A stretch of DNA of 64,000 bases from an uncultured delta proteobacterium (GTDB taxonomy: Bacteria > Desulfobacterota > BSN033 > UBA1163). The stretch lies in the NCBI GenBank assembly GCA_963820625.1, contig CAWGAV010000017.1, positions 32,888-96,887 of the forward strand. Reading direction: 5' to 3'. Shown one piece after another: positions 1 through 7,679 of the stretch. Under the pieces are notes generated by a model, which saw only the letters and a list, made by a program, of their open reading frames with translations, did not search any database and was not told the DNA's origin. Within the stretch, counting starts at the first letter, position 1; the number at the start of each line of letters is the position of its first letter. A program made the translations under genes and the position numbers.

Positions 1-159
1 ACATTCCTCAACCGATTTTGCCTCTCTCTCTTGGAATTGGGTCTCATCGTAATCCAGGATGGTAATCTTTGGCACCTCCCTCTTTTTCTCTCCAATATGG
101 ATGAGGGTCCCGGGTGGAAGACCAGCCTTCTGCGATCTCTTCTTAGTCAGTTTCAGCAT
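1..159 (-). CDS. corA: Magnesium/cobalt transporter CorA, N-terminal fragment (gene runs off the window start)
   Basis: Reverse-strand translation from an ATG at about 157-159 reads MLKLTKKRSQKAGLPPGTLIHIGEKKREVPKITILDYDETQFQE..., a typical CorA N-terminus (GLPPGTL motif). It is absent from the ORF track because the window edge truncates it. Confidence 0.55.
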   Translation of the reverse strand, partial: MLKLTKKRSQKAGLPPGTLIHIGEKKREVPKITILDYDETQFQEREAKSVEEC

Positions 160-361
160 CCTTTACTCCTATCTCCCTTTTTCCTCTGACGCAGCAACGA
201 ACCATCGGAATTTTTTTAATCGGTGCCTTAATAATCGCATTTCAAACCTTCTCTACGAAAGTTAACCCAACTCCGGTGCCATTTACTCATGCATCAGAGG
301 CAGCAAAAACTTTGACTGAAAAATTCAGTCAGGAGGAGAAGCAATCAGCTAGAGAGTCATA

Positions 362-388
362 AATAATTCCAAAATAGGGAGCTGTCCC
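362..388. repeat. Partial copy of the GGGA-N4-TCCC motif family (AATAATTCCAAAATAGGGAGCTGTCCC)
   Basis: Resembles the 47-bp elements at 736-782 and 2006-2052 and shares the GGGA-NNTG-TCCC core. Confidence 0.4.
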
Positions 389-404
389 TAATTTTGTGCA
401 CTTC

Positions 405-644
405 CTACTTCTTTCGGCTTCTTGCCCATTGGACTGCCTCAGCCACTTCCTTTTTAGTAATTCCAAACTTTTTCATTTTTCCCCTTACGCTTTCAAGGTT
501 TGATCCAACAGGCGGTATTTTAACCGGCATTAAGAGGATTTTGTTATCTTCAATCTGGACATCAAAGGATTGGGCATCAGGAAACGCATTGGCGATGTCT
601 TTGGGTAAGGTCATCTGATTCTTCGATGTTTTCTTGATAAGCAT
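405..644 (-). CDS. AbrB/MazE/SpoVT-family DNA-binding protein (small regulator or orphan antitoxin)
   Basis: 79 aa. The N-terminus TSKNQMTLPKDIANAF...VQIEDNKILLMPVK matches the SpoVT/AbrB swapped-hairpin pattern. No partner toxin ORF lies downstream. Confidence 0.5.
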   Translation of the reverse strand: MLIKKTSKNQMTLPKDIANAFPDAQSFDVQIEDNKILLMPVKIPPVGSNLESVRGKMKKFGITKKEVAEAVQWARSRKK

Positions 645-735
645 CCTTACATCCTTGTTAAACGGATACCTTACTTTAGGGGATATTTCAATAATAATTT
701 TTGGATGTGAAATTCAGGGAGAATAGGTAAGCTTC

Positions 736-782
736 AGGTGGAATTAATAGATGGCTAATAATCCAAAAATGGGATGTGTCCC
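736..782. repeat. 47-bp dispersed element AGGTGGAATTAATAGATGGCTAATAATCCAAAAATGGGATGTGTCCC (copy 1)
   Basis: Near-identical to 2006-2052. It lies in the promoter region of the minus-strand AbrB-like gene. Confidence 0.7.
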
Positions 783-821
783 GCTTTCTAAGAACAACCT
801 TCCCATATATATCTTTTAGGA

Positions 822-1733
822 TTACCTCATTAACTTGTTTTTTCCATATCCCCTCTCTTTCTGAATCAGTTTCGGAATCTCGAATTCGCATGGGACTTTG
901 GTCTGACAGAGCCCGCATCCGGTGATCTTGACACCATATTCATCCTTCTTGGCCTGGCTGACGACAGAATAACAGTACTCGAAACATTTATCTTTGTCAT
1001 GACCCTTTTCCGTAATCGCCCCGGCCGGGCAGCGGGCTGCACAGGTCTTACAAGTCTTATTGAAGTAGTAAAGGCAGTTGGCCTGGTGATGGGGATAAAT
1101 TTTTTCCGAAGGTTTGAGGAGCAGATCGGTGACCACGCTGCCCACGCGCATGGCCTTACCTTTTGCGGTAATTAGTCCGTCGCTCAACCCGAAAGCCCCG
1201 AGACCGCAGGCATAAGCGATATGCCGTTCTGACCAATTGGAGGCGATGCCCACTTCGGGGGATCGAAGCCGTTTCCATAGGGGAGAGTTCATCGGAGCAA
1301 CGGCCTTATACCTTTTCTTTTTTAACATGGAGACAAGGTGATTTCTAAGTTTGACGTTGAATTGTTCACCGAAGTCCCGGGCATGAGCCCAGAGTAGAGA
1401 AGGATATTTGGCCTCTTTGCGATTGCTTTTCCGGATATCTTCAGATGTCGGGAGAACCCAGGAGATAACTGAAAGCTCTTTGGAAGGCTTCCTTCCGCCA
1501 AAAGTCAATTCAAAAAACTCCTGAGGTGTATAGTGGAATTCGCCTATAATCTTTTTATATTGCCGAAAAAGAGGATTGTCCCCTGAGGCGAACCCAACTA
1601 GAGGTGTTTCCCAGTATTTCCCTCCGTCTACCTTCCGGCGGTTAGCAGGACTCTCCCTAACAAATTTGGCAATGACCCTTTCAATGAACTTCTCAGGCTC
1701 TTTCTTAAAGACGATTCGCTCCATTGATTTCAT
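822..1733 (-). CDS. 4Fe-4S cluster protein, epoxyqueuosine reductase (QueG)-like / RdhA superfamily
   Basis: 303 aa with two cysteine clusters (CKTCAARCPAGAI and CGLCQTKVPC) after a PLVGFASGD core. The family call is tentative. Confidence 0.4.
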   Translation of the reverse strand: MKSMERIVFKKEPEKFIERVIAKFVRESPANRRKVDGGKYWETPLVGFASGDNPLFRQYKKIIGEFHYTPQEFFELTFGGRKPSKELSVISWVLPTSEDIRKSNRKEAKYPSLLWAHARDFGEQFNVKLRNHLVSMLKKKRYKAVAPMNSPLWKRLRSPEVGIASNWSERHIAYACGLGAFGLSDGLITAKGKAMRVGSVVTDLLLKPSEKIYPHHQANCLYYFNKTCKTCAARCPAGAITEKGHDKDKCFEYCYSVVSQAKKDEYGVKITGCGLCQTKVPCEFEIPKLIQKERGYGKNKLMR

Positions 1734-1889
1734 TCTTCCTCCTCAAAATCAACTTTACATTTAAAGGATATGACGGTACGGTTTTACACGTTACTTCTCC
1801 CCAACAGTTCCAGATTAACACAAGCAGCCTTGATGCTCAAACCAATAATCCCTATTGTCAATGCGAACGAAAACCCAGGTGGGAAATAG

Positions 1890-2000
1890 GTCAACCCTTC
1901 GACCCCCCGGTCTAAAGATTGGGGCTTGCTCAGGGTTGACCCTGAGCGGCGATCTTTCCCAACCTAAATTGCGGGGCTTGGGCGCCGTCGAACGGGTCAA
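1890..2000 (-). repeat. MITE-like ~110-bp palindromic repeat, family 1, copy A (inverted orientation)
   Basis: Contains GGGCTTGCTCAGGGTTGACCCTGAGCGGCG, the reverse complement of the core in copies B and C, with shared ends GTCAACCCTTCG...CGAACGGGTC. Confidence 0.75.
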
Positions 2001-2005
2001 TCTTT

Positions 2006-2052
2006 AGGTGAAATTAACAGATGGCCAATAATCCAAAAATGGGATGTGTCCC
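2006..2052. repeat. 47-bp dispersed element AGGTGAAATTAACAGATGGCCAATAATCCAAAAATGGGATGTGTCCC (copy 2)
   Basis: 43 of 47 identical to 736-782. It sits immediately next to MITE copy A. Confidence 0.7.
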
Positions 2053-2232
2053 TATTTTTTCAATACTTTATATTTTTCGATTCTTCTTATTAATCATTTG
2101 GATTAGGCGGCTTTTTTTATTCCTTGTTTTTTATAAAAGTTGTTTCTTTTAGTTTGGGTTTTGGGGCAACCAGAACACGGACCTCACCCCCTGCTGCCCT
2201 GATGAGACGCACCATTGAATCAACGGTGAAAT

Positions 2233-2342
2233 TGATCCTTCGGCGGCACCAAGAATTCGGCCTTTAGGCGGTGTTTAACCTGCCGCTCAGGATCAACCCT
2301 GAGCAAGCCCCAGCATTTATGCTGAGGAGCTGAAGGGTTGAC
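2233..2342 (+). repeat. MITE-like ~110-bp palindromic repeat, family 1, copy B
   Basis: GATCCTTCGGCGGCACC...GCCGCTCAGGATCAACCCTGAGCAAGCCCC...GAAGGGTTGAC has the same architecture as 5847-5959. Confidence 0.75.
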
Positions 2343-2526
2343 ATTGCCATGAAGGACTTTGGTTACTATTTTTGCCGTTCGTGTAAAATAGTCAACGGAA
2401 TTCTTTAGAAGCTACCTTCCTGAATCTTCTTCACCCACCACCCCTGAACCATGTCAGGCTCGGGACTTTGCCCTCCGCGCTCTTTGTACTGAGGGGGCAT
2501 CCCCCGTCCAAAGTAAAAGAATAAAC

Positions 2527-3069
2527 CTATTTCTTATCTTCCGTCTCCTCTACACTAAACCCGATCGGACGGCGCTTTGGTTCTGGAGGGGTCATCAGTT
2601 GTCGGATCGCATTCATCAATGATTGGATTGCTTCATCATGGTTGACAAGTTTCCGTTCTAATTCAGATAGCTTATGTGCTAACTCTTTATGGGTTGTCAG
2701 CATTGCACGAAGTCGGACGAATGCTCGCACTACCAAAACACTTGTTTGGATGGCACGTGGCGTGTTTAGAACGCTGGCAACCATGATTGCCCCATGTTCG
2801 GTGAAAGCATTCGGCAAAACAGGCGAAAACTTGAGCTTAGAAAGGTGGTCGCAATTTGCGACCACCTTTGTCTTTTCTTTGGCCGTAAGCTGGACCATAA
2901 AGTCTGCAGGGAAACGACCACGATTACGCTTAACCTGCTCATTTAGGCGTTTTGTAGTCACACCGTAAAGTTCAGCTAAGTCAGCATCCAACATCACCTT
3001 TTGGCCCCTAATTAGAAAAATTGACCGCTCGATTCGTTCAAGAGGGATCAAGGATGTTTTTTCCGACAT
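2527..3069 (-). CDS. ORF6N-domain protein (KilA-N-like; phage antirepressor-type DNA-binding domain)
   Basis: [44 protein letters not shown] is a hallmark ORF6N motif. The start was chosen at MSEKTSL. Confidence 0.65.
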   Translation of the reverse strand: [180 protein letters not shown]

Positions 3070-3240
3070 TTTAATGCTCCACAACGATTAATTCTCCAGG
3101 GTCAGGTGTGCTTCTTAACATTCTCCAATTCTTCTTATTAATCACTGATTGTTGAAGGGCACGACCCACCCACCACGGTGCCCAGGCTTGAATTGATGTG
3201 ATTTTATTAAAATACCCAGTTAGGGTCAATGAATTCTTTG

Positions 3241-3420
3241 CCTCCCCCTCACCTCAATCCCTGCCTGCGCCTGCCTGCGGTAGGCAGGGCCGGCAGGCTC
3301 TCCCCAAGGGGAGAGGAAGTATAGGGTTACCTTCCCATTGGTGATGGGGCTAACAAGCCTGCCAATGCCCCCACCCTCCCCCTCCCCCATCGAGTTTGCC
3401 TGTAGCAGGCAGGGGAGGGA
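3241..3420. repeat. Cluster of GC-rich REP-like palindromes (CCTGCCTGCGGTAGGCAGG; CCCCACCCTCCCCCTCCCCC...GGGGAGGGAA)
   Basis: Self-complementary units that recur at 3991-4035, 4536-4595, 6838-6975, 17866-17910, 22715-22745, 27340-27390, 48745-48768, 50005-50045, 53750-53845 and 60003-60045. They account for the spurious ORFs 3226..3567 and 3338..3667. Confidence 0.7.
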
Positions 3421-3427
3421 ATTGAAA

Positions 3428-3456
3428 ATCATTTCGTCGGCAGTAAATGCCGACGC
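3428..3456. repeat. Palindromic unit CGTCGGCAGTAAATGCCGACGCTAC
   Basis: Exact reverse complement of GTAGCGTCGGCATTTACTGCCGACG at 32186-32212. Confidence 0.7.
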
Positions 3457-3460
3457 TACG

Positions 3461-3745
3461 TTATTGACGATTCGGCATAAATTTAATGGCGATTTCTGGA
3501 CGGAAGGCTTCGGTGCCGGAATCAACCTTGCGAACAGGCTTCTTGTTGGCATCCAGAATCGACACATACCAGCGACCTTCTTTGAAGTTGCGCTTTGTGC
3601 TGTAAGTGCGCCATGTGAAAAACCCCTTCTGCTTCACCTCGCCTCTTATTGCCTCTCTGAGTTCTAACCACCTCTCCTTTTTAATTCCGATATCAATCAC
3701 ATCGGTAACCCCTTTCTCCGAAGCCCAGGCATGGTAGATGGACAT
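3461..3745 (-). CDS. Hypothetical protein (possibly the C-terminal part of a gene split by an in-frame TAG)
   Basis: 94 aa. It is in frame with, and immediately downstream of, ORF 3746..3985, separated only by a TAG codon. Confidence 0.35.
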   Translation of the reverse strand: MSIYHAWASEKGVTDVIDIGIKKERWLELREAIRGEVKQKGFFTWRTYSTKRNFKEGRWYVSILDANKKPVRKVDSGTEAFRPEIAIKFMPNRQ

Positions 3746-3985
3746 CTAACCCTTTGCCTCAAGCATGGTCAGGGCCCGTTCACCTGCCCTGATCTCCATC
3801 CAGAGAAATACACCTTCGTCCTTCTTAATCTCAGCTACACCTGAAAAGGAATTCATTGGCTCGTGCCCTTGAATACCTTTACAAAAAGCTTCTCTTTCCA
3901 CCTCAAATAATGGCTGGGCATTGCCATGAGGGATGAAAATGAAAAATGCCATCAGAAGTAGAGCAAACTTAAAGAAAGTTTTCAT
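3746..3985 (-). CDS. Small secreted protein with signal peptide
   Basis: MKTFFKFALLLMAFFIFIPHGNAQ is a signal peptide. The ORF ends at a TAG followed directly by an in-frame ATG. Confidence 0.4.
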   Translation of the reverse strand: MKTFFKFALLLMAFFIFIPHGNAQPLFEVEREAFCKGIQGHEPMNSFSGVAEIKKDEGVFLWMEIRAGERALTMLEAKG

Positions 3986-4111
3986 CTCCCTGGCTAATCA
4001 CCCCCACCCTCGCCCTCTCCCGTCAAGGGGGAGGGAACTTAAAGGGGCCCTCCCGCACCATAGGGGAAAGGATCTAAAGACTTCTCCTACTCAAAGGGGA
4101 GAAAAAATTTT

Positions 4112-4528
4112 TCATTCGTGACAAGGGGGCCTTTGCCCTTCACGATAATAGGGGAAATCTACAAAGGTGATGGTGCTGCCAAGATCCTTGTAAAGGGCCA
4201 TTTTAGATGCTTTATCACAAAGAATTAAGACATAGCTCTCACCTTGACGGGAAACCCGGACTGGATATTTCTTCACTTTTTTGATGATTTCTTTGTCAGG
4301 ATAGTACTTTTCCAAAATCGAAAAGAATTTCTCAGCATCCAGATCAAGCGGGAGAGATCCGGTTTGAAGCTTGTGGCCTTCGATCTTCTTTGAAAAATCG
4401 ATGAGGTATTCCTCCAACTCGGAAACCTCTTTGGGATCTATCTCTTGAGAGGATTGAAACTTTGAGCAGAAAACCAAAGAGAGAATAACGAAGGACCACA
4501 GGAGGAGAATCCTAAGTTTGGCTCTCAC
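4112..4528 (-). CDS. Putative lipoprotein
   Basis: Signal peptide with lipobox-like LVFC (MRAKLRILLLWSFVILSLVFCSKF). Confidence 0.4.
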   Translation of the reverse strand: MRAKLRILLLWSFVILSLVFCSKFQSSQEIDPKEVSELEEYLIDFSKKIEGHKLQTGSLPLDLDAEKFFSILEKYYPDKEIIKKVKKYPVRVSRQGESYVLILCDKASKMALYKDLGSTITFVDFPYYREGQRPPCHE

Positions 4529-4628
4529 TTTTTAGTCACCCCCACCCCTGCCTACCGCAGGCAGGCTAACCCTCCCCCGTCAAAGGGGGGGGATATTACT
4601 TTCACTGTTTAACATTGTTGATTGTTCA

Positions 4629-5648
4629 TCATGTCCAATAGACTAAATTTCCGGTCTGCAAATCTCTTCCCGTATCCAGATCACAATTGGTGACCCCGGA
4701 TAGAAATTGATCGATATTTCCTATGAAAATGCCTTTGGATAGATAGACCCATTGGTCTGTCACATGCTCCACGACTTTCGGAAAGACGTCACTTTCATAG
4801 GTTCCGAATTCCCCATCAGGGAGGGGGAGCCTATCCAGAAAAGTTTCTCTTTCCTTGGGTGTGATCTCAGTACTTTTCTTGTAGGTTAATTTGTGTTTGG
4901 GGTCAAATATTGGGCCTACGAATACGGGTCTGCCTGCTATTCCAATCCAGTCCTCAAACTGATCGTGCCACTCATCAATCTCAGGGCGATTATCCTGGTA
5001 GTCCACTGGAAAGTGGGTTTTAAGAATATCTCTCCAGAAAGCAAGCAAGATAGGATGAATTTTATCCTTGTCACCAGGATTCGAACAGATCTGGATGATC
5101 CTCATCAGTTCGCTATGCTCAATCTCTGCTCCCCGACGAATCTGGTGATAGATGAAGGCATCCTGAATCATTTCACAGTAACGGTGTTTTTCTTCATTCC
5201 CCTTATAGGGACCAACGATGTTCAATACAATCGGATGGACAACACAATCAGCTTTGACATGGGAGAGATAACCCAGGGTCCAACAAAAGGGGATGACAAA
5301 TTCTTCTTTCTGGAAACCCTGCGTCGATAAATCCAGAAGCTTTCGGGCCATGGTTTTAATCGCATCTCCTGTATGTCGGTAATGCATGTGGTCGGCCCAA
5401 TCCTTCTGTTTGGGTTGGGTGAAATCGAGATAAGGATAGTCTGGACCTACCGAGCCAAGGTGAAGGAAATGGGAATGGGTGAGCGTTGAACCTCGGAGTT
5501 TTTCTTGGATATCCTGATTGCCCTGAAATCGTTCGAGCGCTTTTTCTGTAATCATCAAATGGGCATAAGTGGCTGGCATCAACGACCCGCAATGTTGGGT
5601 TTTAAATCCATTGAAATCACTATATATAAAATGGGGTGCATTCGTCAA
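4629..5648 (-). CDS. Zinc-dependent phospholipase C / S1-P1 nuclease superfamily-like protein
   Basis: 339 aa. The N-terminal ATYAHLMITEKALE and multiple His/Asp (HSHFLHLGSVGPDYPY, HMHYRH) fit the zinc-PLC fold. Assignment by pattern only. Confidence 0.35.
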   Translation of the reverse strand: MTNAPHFIYSDFNGFKTQHCGSLMPATYAHLMITEKALERFQGNQDIQEKLRGSTLTHSHFLHLGSVGPDYPYLDFTQPKQKDWADHMHYRHTGDAIKTMARKLLDLSTQGFQKEEFVIPFCWTLGYLSHVKADCVVHPIVLNIVGPYKGNEEKHRYCEMIQDAFIYHQIRRGAEIEHSELMRIIQICSNPGDKDKIHPILLAFWRDILKTHFPVDYQDNRPEIDEWHDQFEDWIGIAGRPVFVGPIFDPKHKLTYKKSTEITPKERETFLDRLPLPDGEFGTYESDVFPKVVEHVTDQWVYLSKGIFIGNIDQFLSGVTNCDLDTGRDLQTGNLVYWT

Positions 5649-5846
5649 GGAGAGGGGGGGCGCATTCAGAGCACTTTTTCATTTATTGAGTAGGGTCATA
5701 TTTTAGCAGGCTGTTGAGAAAGCCCCTATTTGTCACCCTTCTGAACTTGATTCAGGGTCTCTAACGCACTGATTCTATGAGATGCTGAAATGAGTTCAGC
5801 ATAATATATTGAGTCTTTTTAAGTTTTTCAACAGCCTATTAGCTTG

Positions 5847-5959
5847 TTGACCCATTCGGCGGCGCCAAGCCGCGCCTTTGAAGGCGGGGTAGAGAAGCGC
5901 CGCTCAGGGTTAACCCTGAGCAAGCCCTGGCCTTCAGGCCGGGGAGTCGAAGGGTTGAC
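5847..5959 (+). repeat. MITE-like ~113-bp palindromic repeat, family 1, copy C
   Basis: TTGACCCATTCGGCGGCGCCAAG...GCCGCTCAGGGTTAACCCTGAGCAAGCCC...GAAGGGTTGAC, with internal palindrome CTCAGGGTTAACCCTGAG. Confidence 0.75.
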
Positions 5960-6037
5960 TTTTATTGGTAGCGGTGTTAGGGGGAATGAAACCCCACTCC
6001 TCTCTTTACGAGCTTAGAGGGGTAAAAGGAGGAAAGG

Positions 6038-6739
6038 ATGTTTTTCTCTATTCAGAAGGAGTTATTCGATATCCTGCCTGATCTCACCATTGGGATGGTG
6101 GTGGCAAAAGGTATGGACAATGCCCATCCCTCTAAAGAGATTGATGACCTTCTCGCCCAGGCCGTGGAAGAAGTAAAGAAAAATTTCATCGGTGACAAAG
6201 CTCAGGAACACCCGAGGATCAAACCCTGGAGAACTGCCTTCTCCAAACTGGGTATTTCGGGAAGTAAGTTCCCAAGCTCCGTCGAATCCATGGCGAGGAG
6301 GGTTCTGAAAGGAGATCCATTCCCAAAGATCAATCCTCTTGTGGATCTCTACAATAGTGTCTCTCTGAGATTTTTAGTCCCGATGGGAGGCCATGATCTG
6401 GACACCATCGTGGGAAATATTCATCTCCGGTTTACGGAGGGATGGGAGCCCTTTACTCCGATGGGCGGCGGGGAAACCGTGACAGTGCCTAAAGGAGAGC
6501 TGGTTTATCGTGACGATCGAGAGGTGCTGACCCGAAACTGGGTATGGCGTCAGTGTGAGAAAGACAAAGCCACCGAGAAAACAAAAAATATCTTCATCCC
6601 CATTGATGTATTGGGTGAAGTGGGAAGAGAGCGGGCCGATGAAATCATTCTGGAGCTCTCAAATCTGATCCCAAAATATTTTGGAGGGACCCTCTTCTCG
6701 GCCATCCTGAACAGAGAAAATCCTTCTGTTGAGTTCTAA
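6038..6739 (+). CDS. B3/B4 tRNA-binding domain protein
   Basis: 233 aa with KPWRTAFSKLG...LVDLYNSVSL...PMGGHDLD, typical of the stand-alone B3/4 (PheT-like) domain family. Confidence 0.65.
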   Translation: MFFSIQKELFDILPDLTIGMVVAKGMDNAHPSKEIDDLLAQAVEEVKKNFIGDKAQEHPRIKPWRTAFSKLGISGSKFPSSVESMARRVLKGDPFPKINPLVDLYNSVSLRFLVPMGGHDLDTIVGNIHLRFTEGWEPFTPMGGGETVTVPKGELVYRDDREVLTRNWVWRQCEKDKATEKTKNIFIPIDVLGEVGRERADEIILELSNLIPKYFGGTLFSAILNRENPSVEF

Positions 6740-6995
6740 TATCCCCATCCCATCCGCTCCGTCGCTGAAGCTTTAGAGCGTAAGCGACCTTTCCCCCAAG
6801 AGACTGTGTCGTAATGTCATTCTGAGGCGTCAGCCCCTGCTCGCCGGCAGGCAGGGAAGAATCTCAAATTTATAAAGAATTGAATTTCTTAGATCCTTCA
6901 CTTCGTTCAGAATGACAATAATGGTTTTCTTTAATATTACGACCCAGTCTCCAAGGGGAGAGGGTAAGGGGTGGTAAAAACTCTGTATAAAAATA

Positions 6996-7030
6996 AAAGG
7001 GGAAGAGTAAACCTCTTCCCCTTTTAAATC
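6996..7030. terminator. Bidirectional intrinsic terminator
   Basis: AAAAGGGGAAGAGTAAACCTCTTCCCCTTTT forms a GC stem flanked by A and T runs, between the convergent genes 6038..6739 (+) and 7078..7239 (-). Confidence 0.6.
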
Positions 7031-7077
7031 TTTCTCTTTCCTCCAGAGGATAGTTAATCTTCTTTATCGGGGTGGGA

Positions 7078-7239
7078 TTAGTAGCCTTTTTTCTGAATCT
7101 CGGCTAAGCCTTCATCCACTGTGAAGACGGCACCGCACTTTGGACATTTAATCTTTGCGTCTTTCTGAATCCCTGCACACCCAAAAGAAAAAACTGCTAA
7201 AATCGCCAATGCCAAAAAGATGCTCACCCATTTCCTCAT
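7078..7239 (-). CDS. Small exported protein (53 aa) with CPKC motif
   Basis: MRKWVSIFLALAILAVFSFGCAGIQKDAKIKCPKCGAVFTVDEGLAEIQKKGY. Signal peptide plus Cys. Below the 60-aa cutoff of the ORF track. Confidence 0.35.
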   Translation of the reverse strand: MRKWVSIFLALAILAVFSFGCAGIQKDAKIKCPKCGAVFTVDEGLAEIQKKGY

Positions 7240-7378
7240 TAACCCTCACCTCCTTTCATGATATGTCAGGAATATCGCAAGTAAAATTATAGTATAGAGA
7301 AAACGGATAACAAAAATCCGTTTCTATGTCAAGTAAAAAATAAAGATTCCTTTTCTTCCCCCTTTGACATCCCTCCTC

Positions 7379-7450
7379 TTACTTCTTTTTCTTCGGTTTG
7401 GCCTTCTTCGTTGCCTTCTTCACCTTAGGGTGTTTCATCCCGCATGACAT
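7379..7450 (-). CDS. Candidate 23-aa lysine-rich peptide
   Basis: MSCGMKHPKVKKATKKAKPKKKK, preceded by a strong Shine-Dalgarno GGGAGGTGG 6-7 nt upstream. Confidence 0.25.
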   Translation of the reverse strand: MSCGMKHPKVKKATKKAKPKKKK

Positions 7451-7537
7451 ATTTTCGCCACCTCCCTTACTCTTTTATTATATTGATTTATTTATCTCTT
7501 TTAAATTAAAATTTGTCAAGGGTTTTCTTAAGAGAGT

Positions 7538-7569
7538 TCCGAAAAAGTCCAGAAATCTCTAATCAAGAG
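7538..7569. repeat. 32-nt imperfect hairpin element GAGAGTTCCGAAAAAGTCCAGAAATCTCTAAT
   Basis: 28 of 32 identical to 31633-31665. The CCAGAAATCT core recurs at 43723. Confidence 0.55.
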
Positions 7570-7679
7570 AACGTATAGTAGTTTTTTAGGGCTCTCTCTT
7601 AATCTTTACCCATTGTACCCAATGCTTTAGGAAGACTCTGCATCAATTGAATTTAATTTAAAGCCCAAAGGAATGAAAA

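Noticed and set aside
59-265. Plus-strand ORF of 68 aa
   Set aside because: It overlaps the minus-strand corA N-terminus, which is the real gene.
405-644. AbrB/MazE-like gene as part of a complete toxin-antitoxin pair
   Set aside because: No toxin-sized ORF on either side. Downstream on the minus strand, 160-404 has no ORF beyond a few codons.
3226-4121. ORFs 3226..3567, 3338..3667 and 3933..4121 (Pro/Gly/Arg-rich)
   Set aside because: They are generated entirely by GC-rich REP-like palindromes, which are open in several frames on both strands.
5068-5088. tRNA T-arm-like GGTTCGAATCCTG (minus strand)
   Set aside because: It lies inside the confidently coding 4629..5648 ORF with no acceptor- or anticodon-stem context. 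No tRNA genes were found in the window.
6811-6945. Inverted repeat GTCGTAATGTCATTCTGA ... TCAGAATGACAATAATGG..ATTACGAC flanking a REP unit, considered as a mobile element
   Set aside because: It is a single imperfect copy in an intergenic terminator region, which gives too little evidence for a mobile element.
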